Source of the DNA: Paraspadella gotoi
Lineage: Eukaryota; Animalia; Chaetognatha
NCBI GenBank assembly: GCA_051294375.1
Contig: CM119266.1
Span: 13,038,924 to 13,102,923, forward strand
Length of the DNA stretch: 64,000 bases
Direction: 5' to 3'
Shown here piece by piece: positions 12,601 to 23,326 of this stretch (position 1 is its first letter; each line of letters opens with the position of its first letter). Below the pieces are notes generated by a model, which had not been told where the DNA came from, did no database searches, and saw only the letters and a list, made by a program, of their open reading frames with translations. The position numbers and the translations under genes are program-made.

Positions 12601-13761
12601 ACCTCCCACAAATTGTCAGGCTTGCTGCCCTCCGCCTCGCCGTCGCGTTGCAGCAGCTCAATGTACTCCTGTAGCTGCCCCCGCTGAGCATTGTAGTGAA
12701 GCTCCGACTCCAGGGCTTTGAGCATGTTGTTATGATTACGAAGTCGGATCTGGATGTGATGCTTGGAGCGCATGTGCTCGTTAAAATCTCCGCTCGTGTT
12801 GTAGGTATCGTCGCAAGCGTCGCAGATGTAGGGCAGTCTGTCGGGCGTCACTTCAGAAGAGTTCTTGATGCCGGGCGGAGCCAGCTCGGCCCAGTCGCGA
12901 CGCCGGTGACCTCGCAAGTGCGAAAAGAGATTTTGCTGCGTCGTGCACATTTGCGGGCAGCGCGGGCATTGGTAGGCGGAGCCCTTGTCTGAGTGGGTGA
13001 TCTGTTGGAAGTAAAAGGTGAAGACTTGTGACGATCCGTCGAAGGAAAGAGGGTGGCGTCGGATGATTTCGCCGTGAACCTTAAAAAAATATTAATAAAA
13101 AAAAATAAAATTAAACAATTTAAGACAATGGGCAAAGAAAACTGTCAACATTTTCTACAAAGCGAAAAAGTAAACTAAAAATAATTTCGAATAACTGAAG
13201 TTTAAATATATATAAATTTAAAAAAAAAACAACTTTTAAAACGACTCAGAACCTCAAATTATTTTAGATCCAACGGTAAGTATTTAAAAATTATGGCTAG
13301 GACTATAATAAATAAATTTTGAGAGAAGAGGATCATCTAAAATAGAAAAGAAAGAAACTGGGACTGACTTTGAGACGATGGGCGAAGTATGCCTCGTGGG
13401 AACGGAACAGCGATTTGCAAATGCTGCATTGAAAATGTTCGGCGGCGAAATGCGCCTCCTTCCTGGCGTCGTCGGGGAAAGTCTGTTTACAGAGGCCGCA
13501 CTTGACGCGTTTGGGGCATCCGACGACGTGGGATGGAAGATGAAGACGGAGCGCCGACTTTTTGCCGAATCGAAGGCCGCAGAAAAAACAAAACCAACCG
13601 TCGGAGTCGCGCTCCATTTTTGTGGCGTGGGCGGCGCCATTTGCGCGGTTCGTCTTCGTTTTTCGTTCGACGCTGGAATCGAGATCCGGCGTCGTATGGC
13701 GCCGTTTCGCTCTTCGTCGTTCGTTCGTCGAGGCGTCGGGCGACAGCGATCGAGTTGCCAT
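9621..13761 (-). CDS. Multi-C2H2 zinc-finger protein, about 968 aa, with dispersed fingers and a charged E/R/K C-terminal helix
   Basis: Phase-consistent exons: 13761-13369, 13079-12603, 12457-12119, 11937-11386, 11115-10899, 10807-10601, 10342-9621 (2907 nt). Fingers include CFFCGLRFGKKSALRLHLPSH, CGLCKQTF...HFAAEH, CSICKSLF...HRLKVH, CPRCPQMC...HLRGH, CDACDDTY...HMRSKH, CRIKGC...HLSKHH, CPQC...HVKGH, CPVPTC...HRHQEH and CPYDNC...HMLAHH. Confidence 0.9.
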
Positions 13762-13916
13762 CTGGTTAAAAAGAACAAAAAATTGAAAAGATTAGCTTGG
13801 TTATCAAATCAATGAAAATAATATAAAAAGACATTTAGCAAAGAAAAAAAAAACATGGTATTTGATTGTCAAGCATGAAAAATTCGAACATCGATTCCGT
13901 TAAATTTAATCTCCTA

Positions 13917-14927
13917 TCACAAATCGTCGAAAAAATATTTCGTCCTTTCGATCGTCGATCTCAGCTCGTCTCCCGATAGATGTCTTCCGGCGACGGTCGA
14001 GACGTAACCCTCGTACGTCTCCAACGTTTCTCGCCGCGCAACTCGCTTCTCCGCCCTCTTTCGGCAAAGATCGTCCGGGGACTCCCCAACGCCGGGGTGC
14101 ACGGGCGCCACCTTGACGTGGGCGTAATCGACGCCGGTTCCTTCGCAGATGAGGACGACAGCTGGGATCTTCAACGCCCGCTTCACCGTCGCTACGACTT
14201 CTTTGACGGCGAGAAAGAGGGCGCGAAAGTCGTCTTCGTCGAGCGAAAAGACGTCGCTGTTGCGTCGCTTCTTGGGGATGACGACGGTGAATCCGGGGGT
14301 GTTAGGGAACGGCGTCAGAAAGGCCAAGTGGCTCGTCGACTCCCAGATCCGCCAATTAGGGATCTCGTCGCGAACTATTTTGCAGAAGAGGTTGTCGTCG
14401 TCTTCAACGACGTCCTTATCACCGGCTACATCCGGTTTCATCAGCGTCGGCGCCATCTTCCTCTTGATTTCATCCAATCGCTCGTCGCACATCCTCGGCC
14501 CTTCTTTCGACGTCGTCACGCCGTCGAAAGTCTCTTTGAATTCCAATTCTTTCGCCCAAGTTTCGCGCCATTCGACGCCAAATCCATGGAGAGGAAAAAT
14601 GCGCGCTTCCGGAACCAACTCTTCCACAACGACGGCGCAGCGGGAGACGCTGAACGCGGCAGCGCCGCGGCGGGCCACGGATTTTAGCCGCAGCATAAGC
14701 GCGAGGAAATCGTCGTCGTCGAGATCGTATGGACTCGAGATGCGGTTTTCGTCGTCGTCGTCGTCGTCGTCGGCGAGGCGAGGATCGAATTTGAGACAAC
14801 GAGACCCATTTTTAAAATTAATTCGATTCAGCGAAGGCGAATAATCGAGGAGAAGTGTGTCCGGTAGAAAAGGCTCGGGATCGATACGAACTCGGGCGAT
14901 AAAATCGTCGACGAGACAACTTTCCAT
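13917..14927 (-). CDS. Intronless tandem HIT (histidine triad)-domain protein, about 336 aa
   Basis: The C-terminal domain DNLFCKIVRDEIPNWRIWESTSHLAFLTPFPNTPGFTVVIPKK...EGTGVDYAHVKVAPVH matches the HINT-branch HIT fold. The N-terminal half is a degenerate repeat (YDLDDDDFLALMLRLKSV vs FSLDEDDFRALFLAVKEV; FKETFDGVTTSKEGPRM vs TLETYEGYVSTVAGRHL). ATG 14927 is preceded by ctcAG|G. The stop TGA TAG is followed by ATTAAA. Confidence 0.9.
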   Translation of the reverse strand: MESCLVDDFIARVRIDPEPFLPDTLLLDYSPSLNRINFKNGSRCLKFDPRLADDDDDDDENRISSPYDLDDDDFLALMLRLKSVARRGAAAFSVSRCAVVVEELVPEARIFPLHGFGVEWRETWAKELEFKETFDGVTTSKEGPRMCDERLDEIKRKMAPTLMKPDVAGDKDVVEDDDNLFCKIVRDEIPNWRIWESTSHLAFLTPFPNTPGFTVVIPKKRRNSDVFSLDEDDFRALFLAVKEVVATVKRALKIPAVVLICEGTGVDYAHVKVAPVHPGVGESPDDLCRKRAEKRVARRETLETYEGYVSTVAGRHLSGDELRSTIERTKYFFDDL

Positions 14928-15015
14928 CCTGAGAACTTGGATTCTATTCGATTCCAAATCAAACGTGACTTTTTTTTAATTCAGACGAAGAAAATAAAAA
15001 AAGAAGCCCTATTAC

Positions 15016-15170
15016 TTAAGAAATCGAAATAAAAATCTCCTGAGAAGTTTCGACGACGACGAAAAGAAGAAAAGAAACAAAACGACAAAATATTTTTTGA
15101 AATTAAAGCAGAAAAACGAAAAAAACGACGAAAATTCCGCGACAAAACGACAGTTAAAAGCGGCGAGCCC
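15016..15170 (-). promoter_or_regulatory. Putative non-coding leader exon/promoter upstream of the HIT and zinc-finger genes
   Basis: A CpG-rich (TCG) stretch ends at a candidate donor CTTAA|GTAATA (15016/15015). This gives an 87-nt intron to the acceptor directly before the HIT ATG. The 5' boundary is approximate. Confidence 0.4.
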
Positions 15171-15732
15171 TTTGTCTTTTTCAGTGAGGGCAGCCAGGAA
15201 GAAGCAAAAATGCTATTGTTTTCGTTCGTAATCTTTTGTTTCTGATTCTCGCAGTTCGTAGCGCCACCGTTTGTGAAGACTCTGGACAAACAAAAAAAGA
15301 CTAACGTCGTCGAAAATCTCCAATCGAGCCAACAAAATACGACAAAAGGCTAACGGACTAGTGGCGCTTTGGCGAACGAGTCATCATTCAAAACAAAACA
15401 ACAACTTCATAGGGGACTGGCAGTCGAACTTTAAAATGAAATTTTCAGCTGATCGAAGTGTTGATTAACTTTAAGTCGTTTGTATAGAACAAGTTCTTAT
15501 GATAAGGGTTCAATCGTTTATTACGGTTTTTTTAAAAAAAATACAGTTCATTGTTCAGAAAACAATTCGAGAAGATCATATCAACTTCGATAATTTACGA
15601 TTTAATCGTATATAGAGCATACAGATACAGTGCTTCGAGAATAAAAATAAAGGTCGTTCTAGCCTAATTAATCAATTTTTAAGAATAATAATCTGAGTGT
15701 CCTACTCAAGGTGAACAAACAATCGTGAGAGA

Positions 15733-17744
15733 TCACGACTCGTCTTTGACCCTCGTGAGAATGATTCGAGGAATCGACGGCGATCCCTCAACGCCCTTGT
15801 CTTTCACCCGTTTGTAAATCCGTTTGTTCGTTTTTCGCTTCCCGTTGCCGGGCAACGCATCGTCGTTGTCTTTAGCCGGAGCGGGAGACGTCGGCGAATT
15901 AGATCGGGACGAGGGTAATAGAAATGAAGGGGACAACAACAACAACGACGAATTCTTCTGTTTATCCTTGGAAACGGGATCCGACGGAGAAGAGGCGACG
16001 GAATCCGAATCTATTTTAGGTTTTTGAGTCTCGAAGTGGTCGGTCGGTCGGTCGTTGACGCGATCGTTGTCGTCGTCGCCGCTTCCTCCTCCGTCGACGT
16101 GAACGTTGACTTCATCTTGGTCTACGAATCTCACTGAATTGGTTCGTCGCCGCGACGGGGAATTCGGAACCGTCAAAGTGTTCGACGACTTCGTATTAGG
16201 CTTCGTCGTCTCCTCTTCGGAGGAGGCCGCGCCGTCCGTGGACCGCGCCGAGATCGAGTCCACGATGTCCCAAGTTTCTTGTCGCATTTCGTCGCCTAGC
16301 GATGACGCCTTGGACGCTTTTCTATCTTCCACTTTCGTCTTCTTTGGGCACAAATTTCTTTTGAAGAAATTCAGGGCTGAAAATTGGGGAAATTCATGCG
16401 AAACTTTGGTATAATATATACATTGGCTAATATAAAATTATACGTAGATTTTAATTATTTTTTCGATAATAGTGTTTTTACTAAAAAAAAATAAATTATT
16501 TGTGAATTTTTTTGTCTATTTTTCAAAATTATTTTATATAAAAGAGAGTTAAATTTAACTTCACCATCCTCAAACCCGGACTCCCTTCCCACAACGCCCA
16601 CCGGAAATGCCAACGGAGAAGAAAATTCCCGAGATGCAGATGAGCGTAAAGTTGAGTAGTTCGAGGGCAGAGATCTGCGCCGAGACAGGCTGCTCCTTCT
16701 GCTCCGAGGGGATGTAGTTGCAACGGACTTCCTTCTGGCCCGGGTAGGGAATTTTCCACTTGACCAAAATGTCGTCCAACTTTCCGTTGCGGTTGATGAT
16801 GCTGAGGAAGATGTTGAAGGCGTCCTTGAGACGTCGGGCTTTTTGAGAATTTTTTCTGATTATAAAGAAAGAGACAGAATTACTTAATTTGTTTAGTTGC
16901 GTTGATTGATTGATAATTATCATTTGTTAAGTTGGTGAATTAATGGTTTAGGTCGTTTAAAAAAAAGACATTTAAAAAAAAAATGTTTTGATGATATATT
17001 AAAGGCATCCCATATTAAAATTGAATTAATTTAAAAAAAAAATATGTCAGCGTCAAATTAGTCATAACATTTACATTTTCCGGAGGGATACATGCCTAAA
17101 AATGTAAGCAGGATCGACGCGTATCGTATAGTCGGTGACCATGTAAATATCACATTGTTCAGAGAAATCCTTCTTCATCATCACTGAAAGTAAAAACGGT
17201 TTCTTGCAATATTTTCTCAGTTCAAATATTCTATTTGCAACGTAAAACAAAAGAACTACCAGGGACGTCTATTCCCTCCGACAACAGCGCGATTTGGCCA
17301 CTATCGGTAAAGTTGAGAATCTCGTCGGCAGACAAATAGGCATCTTTGGGGGCGAACATCTGAGCGTGCAGCTCTCCGAAAGAGTCGTACTTCTTCAACA
17401 GGTCGTGACCCGCTTTGCTCTAGATTTTTTTAAAAGGAGAAAAGCTAAATCGATTTTCAGGGACGAATTAGTTACAGATGTTTCTTTTTTCTATTAGAAT
17501 AGAAAGTGTCTGTTTAAGGGCGATGAACCGATACACAGAGACAATAAAAAAAATGCTGCCAAAATGGGTTCATTGACCCATCGAACTCGCTTTTTCAACA
17601 CTTTGAATATTATGATATCATTGTTTCTTTAATTTTTTACGTGAAAATAAATAATCAAACTTTGTTTTCATTTCTTAGAGGAGGTTTTACTGCTGACGAA
17701 AGGACGGAAACCCTTTCAATACTTTTCGAAGATTTTTTTTCAAA

Positions 17745-17781
<37 letters not shown>

Positions 17782-17788
17782 GGCTCTC

Positions 17789-17832
<44 letters not shown>

Positions 17833-20667
17833 AATTTATTTTCTTAAATGTAAAAATACAGTTTTAGGATGTTCTTTGAGAGTCATCGAATGCACCGAGA
17901 TTAGGATTTAGTTAAAGATCACACATGAATGTTTAAAAGAGTAGGGAATATGGAATGATGTTTAGATGTTTAAATAACTATGTACGAACTTTTCAAATTA
18001 AAAGGAACGCCCCGACGTTCGAAATAGTAAAAACTCTCTTTCTCTCTCTCCTGTTTTTAATAATCACCTGCCTCATGTCTCACACGAATTAAATGTAAAA
18101 ATCCGTCTGAAATATACTTGTCGGGTATGATATTTTTTTTACTCGCTGCGCTCAGAACAAAGATTGCTTATGTTTCCATTCATCTCATGTCCTTTACAAT
18201 TAATATAATAGTCGCCTTGTAAAATTATATCAGAAGAAAAAAAATATTGTCTTGAGTCATTCGAAACAAAGACGTCGTTTGTCCAAAAACCTGATGCAGC
18301 TGGAGATTCTTTTTGAGACCCGTGTCTCCGCCGTCGAAGAAGAATCTCAGCCCGGGTTCGCGGAGCAGATCGGAGAAAGAGGAAACGTGGTGCGGCATCT
18401 TTGCCAGGGTCATGTCGGAGGTCAGCTGTGAGGAGGGGGAGAGGCCGCGATTTTAATGGCAGAATTTTTGGGAATTTTTATTATTTTCATTTTCATTTTT
18501 AATTTTTATTTATTACCATTAAAAAATCGTGAAATACAGGAAAAAATTACCACTATAATCTAATCTTGACGAATGACCAAAAATTAGCCCAGTTGCATTG
18601 CCGCGAAATTTAACACAACTGCAACAGCAATTCTCTGGAGCCTTCAGCGAACAACATTACTATTATCGCACAATTTTATCTTCAGGGTTTAAACCTGAGC
18701 GGAGAACAAGTTGAAGATGATCCAAAAGTAAAAGATCCAAAAGACGGCGAGAAGACGAAGGGCGACGTTGTAGAGGGACCGATTGACATCGTCGAATCCC
18801 AAGGCCGCGTAGGTCATGAACCACCTTTGGAACGTCGAGAAAATGAGGAAATGGAAGCCTTAGTTATTAAGTCAAAAGCCCACATTTAGAAAATGACAAG
18901 AGTAACAAACAGTTCACCAAAAATTATCTGCCTACACACGTAGACGCTAGCTGCAGGCGAGAGTAGATTGAAAGCCACGCTGATTTTTTTTTTAATTTAG
19001 GAAAGTTGAAAGTAATTTTAGGGACAGAAAGTCGATTTCTAGACCAAAAACTACCACTATAATTTATTTTTATAAAATACCATCTGTATTTTATCCAACT
19101 GATGAAATGAAAGACAAAAAACATTGACTGAAATTATAAAATGTTTGCGTTTGTGTACAACCCGTTAAAAACTCGCTGTAAATAAAACGGAACCATATTT
19201 ACAGGATTTTGGTAAAGTATCGTCCGTCCTTGAGAAACTGGTGATATTGCTGAGTGTCTTTCGCGTCGAAGTGCGCGTAATACTGATAAGAATAATATGA
19301 AATTGAAATTGATATTAATATTGATATTGAAATTGATATTGACTTGCCATTTCATTAGCCTCCGAATGATCTTTTAATTTTTAATAATTTTAAAGTTTCT
19401 CACTTTTGAAGGGGGATAAATGACGTCGATGGCAATGACCGCAACGAAGCCGATTGGAACGACGGCGACAATCAGCAACCATCCATCGATGGTGAAAGAC
19501 TGGCGAGGCGGGGAAGGCAATTAGGTCAGCATCGATGCAATCGGTCAATTAAGAATGTATCAAAAAGGTTAGTAAATCGGACGATACAAAGACGAGCGTT
19601 TCACGATAGCGTTTTTAACTCATAAGTCGTTGAAATTAAAACGATTCGGGCGCGTTGACCATAACCGTTTTTGACGTGCCCTCAGCGCCCTCTTTATCCA
19701 TTTCCGACACGCCCACCTTTGCCATGTAAGTCTGAAGTCCCTCGTTCTCGTTCCCGCGGTTCCACTTCATGACGATAGCGATGCCCGCGGACATGAAAGC
19801 CCTGGAGAAGTCGACCACGTTGACGAGTTGTGGCTGAATGTAGTAATAGGTGAGCGCCATGTCCGCCCTGCCGGAAATTAGCTCGTTCACCATGCCGATC
19901 CATTGGCCGGTCGTCTCGTTTAACTTGCCTATTGCGTCGTGTGTTAAAAGGATTGTTAAAGGTGTAGACTGTAGAGATGTTAACATTTTCTAAACGAATC
20001 ACTGATAAATGAGAGCATCTCTTATCATATAATCATTGACAACATTTTTTATGAGATATTGATTATCATCATTACTAATTATTTCCTATCACGGTTTTGT
20101 ATTAATTATCGCTTACCCCACAGTCCTAGCTCGCTGGGGTTTTGATAAAGCTTGAACTTTATCGGACATAAACGAAGAAAATCTTGAAACATGTCGGGGC
20201 AGAAGCCAATTAAATCGTCCAGCCTCGCATTACGCTCTGTATAGCAGCGGGGAATCGTGGGAAGGTTAAGCTCGACGAGGATGAGATAAGGTAACAACCA
20301 AGGGGAATATCCTATTGTTGTGAGTGATAGCAAATATTATAATAACAGTCATAGCTTGACGGAACACTACTCGCTTTTTCCCCTACATTTGCCGAAAAAA
20401 AGTTTTTAAGCTATGATTTACTTTCCTTCGCCTTTGAACTCACCCTTCTACTGATGGTTCTCGTCCGCTTGACTTACCTTTCTTTTCTTCACTGGTCCGA
20501 TTGTCCCAGAGGCTCCACCCGTATTCGGCGTAAACGATGGAAAACTCTTCCTCCTTCATGGAATCGCAGATGCTCTTCAACGACTCCAGCTCGTCAATGC
20601 CGCCGACGACGCGGGCGAGGCTGACGCTGAAGAAGACGGCGACGACCCACTCCACCGACCGGAGCAT
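15733..20667 (-). CDS. Divergent ionotropic glutamate receptor / ionotropic receptor (IR)-family channel subunit, about 702 aa, no ATD
   Basis: Exons: 20667-20478 (signal peptide), 20236-20117 (GFCPDMF), 19928-19717 (WIGMVNELISGRADMALT...VVDFSRAFMSAGIAIV, S1), 19499-19404 (M1), 19282-19203, 18824-18695 (M2/M3, RLLAVFWIFYFWIIFNLFSAQ), 18425-18291, 17419-17260, 17183-17096, 16855-16602 (GKLDDILVKW...C, M4), 16376-15733. All phases are consistent (2109 nt). Confidence 0.9.
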
Positions 20668-22480
20668 CTTCCGGCGCCGAGACTTTGTAGATGCCGAACC
20701 GAGACCGGAAAATGGGCGGTCAAGGACGTGGCGGGAAGATAATTCTGTCCGGTCGCGGGAGTCGGGCGGCGGCTGAGGGATTTGGTCGATCATAATGTCG
20801 ATACATTTTTTTTTATTTCAATGAGAACTCTTTGTCTTTCTTATCCCGTCTAAAATTATAAAATAATCGACTCGTTGAAAAAAAAAAAATTAATGTCAGC
20901 GGAAAGAAGAAATCCTTGGAAAACCGGATCCAGGAAACGGAGACGAAAAAAAAAGTTAGAAAAGTCGCCCCCCCGAATTCCGGGTGAGTTTTGCACAGCG
21001 CCTCGGGCTGTTTTGTTTGTCTATTTTTGCTTTAAGTCGCTCAGCGTGGGACTTCTCGTTGCCCTTGGGGTGTCAGCTTTTTGAAGTTTTCTCGACTACT
21101 GGTTTGAAGAATGGAGAAAAGAGAGAGAGAGAGTAAGAAAGAGAGAGAGAGATTTATTTTAAAAGCAAGTAACTCTTTTTGAACTCGAGGGAGCGAGTTA
21201 TTTTAATCGAGAGACCTGCTCCTCATCCTCGCGTTGTTGTTGTCACGAAATCGACGAGATTTCGTGACGAAAAATTTCATCGGAACTCGTTTCTCGTTTT
21301 TTCTTTTTATTAATTAAGTATACTAGTTAGTAGTTAGTAGTTAATTTTCGAATAAGGTAGAAATTTTTGAATCCGATTTTATTTCAATTATCCACGTAGC
21401 TTTTTTAAGTTTTGCTCATTGAGATATCTGGGCGCAGGTTTCGAATGAATCTCGTCATAAATTATTAGCCATAAAAAAATTAATCGGTTTCAGAGGACAA
21501 TGTATTTTTTTACTAAAGGGGGAAAAATATAGGTTGTCTGTGACCTGGACTTAAATAATTGATCATTTTGAAACGAGTTTTTAAACGCACTGTAAACTCG
21601 CTCTTGTTTCGTGACTATTTATAGTTTTTGGTAAAAGTGCTTAGTAAATGGTGGTAAAAAGCAAAAAGTATCATAATATTCTGCTTTCGCATATGCACAA
21701 TCTCGAAGGTTTATTTGAACATGTTTATTCCTCTTTCTTTCTACTGAGGCGACTACACTACAAACTTTTTTCCTTAATTTTTATCAATACATAAATATTA
21801 CATATGTATAGCAACCTCTCTTTTGGAGAGCAGATTTTGACTAGAATATAGCAAGGTTCACCTTTGATAATATATAGAAAGCAATAACAGTCGAACGAAA
21901 TCGTATGCTAACTTATTGACTTTTGACTTTTTCTCGCTTCTAGATGCAAGATGTCGCTGCTTCGAAAACTAAGTGATGGTGGTAAAAAAAATTCAACAAG
22001 AGAGCAGGTCGCCTTTTTAAAAGGTTATTAATGCTAGACGAAAATTTCATTTATAATTATGTTCATTTCACTTGGAGCGATTAATACTATAAATGGGACA
22101 GAATTTAGCAAAGGAAGTGAATCTAAGACCATCTTCCCAGTCCGTGAGTCGTAAATTTAAGTTGAGTCTCCGGCGCGCCAGACTTCTAAAATCCCATAAT
22201 CTAATGATAGTTTTTCTAAATTTATTATCAACAAATTAAAACAAAATTGAAAAAAAAAGTTTTATAGTATTAGTCGTACATAAATGTACTCTGAATACTT
22301 TTTTTTTCGGTTGAAAAACGATGATGGTCTCGGGCTTTGCCATCTTCCATTTTCTTTCGCCTTAAATCTTTGATATCATCGAAAATTCAGACAGCTGGAA
22401 TCCATAAAGCCTTTCTTCCGTCTCGCGCGCGCTGGCGGAATATATCGCTGCCTTTTGTTAGGAAATGGAGAGAGAGAGAG

Positions 22481-22547
<67 letters not shown>

Positions 22548-23177
22548 TCGATATCTTCTTTGTTTAAAGCTTGAATGAAAATGGTGCGGATATTTCTTCA
22601 GCTTTCAAGTCTTCCTTTACTAACAACACTATGGAACCTTGGATGTGACGAGACTTCGAGACTTCTCGTTCCGCGAATTTCCTGACCTTTTTCTTCCATT
22701 TTTTTCTCTCTCTCGAAGAATATTTTCTTTTCGGTCCTGAAAACCGAAGAGAAGTAAAAGAAAAATGGGAGGAAGAGAAGGAGAATCCTTTGAAATGTGA
22801 AGCCCGTGAGACCTGGAGAGAGTGGAGGCTGAACCCGGTAAGAAACTCGGATAGGTAAGAAAGGAGAGAATCAGACATCAGTTCAATAGTGGAATAATAT
22901 TCAGGATAGAACAATCTTTTAACTTTAAACCTTCTTCGAGTGGTCAAGGAAGTTCATTTGATCTTGGAGAGGCACCTCATTTCGATTGCCGTACCAGTTT
23001 TGTCTTTTTGAGTCTCTCGTTCCCTTTCTCTTTCATGAATAGATCCCAAACTCGTAACATGACAAATTCGTCAGCGACGTTCACTTAATATAAAGGTGTT
23101 TCGCTACCAAAGAAGGATTTGTCATGAATTAAAGTAAAGGGGGAAGAAAAAGGATAAAAGAAGAAAAAACCAAGGAG

Positions 23178-23326
<149 letters not shown>

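Noticed and set aside
13980-14844. Long + strand ORFs opposite the HIT gene (similar ones at 4719-5382, 9472-9981, 11353-11919)
   Set aside because: They are antisense shadows of GC-rich coding sequence with no recognisable domains.
19298-19343. (ATATTG/AAATTG)n hexamer run translated as NINFNININ
   Set aside because: It is an intronic simple repeat in the receptor gene, not coding.
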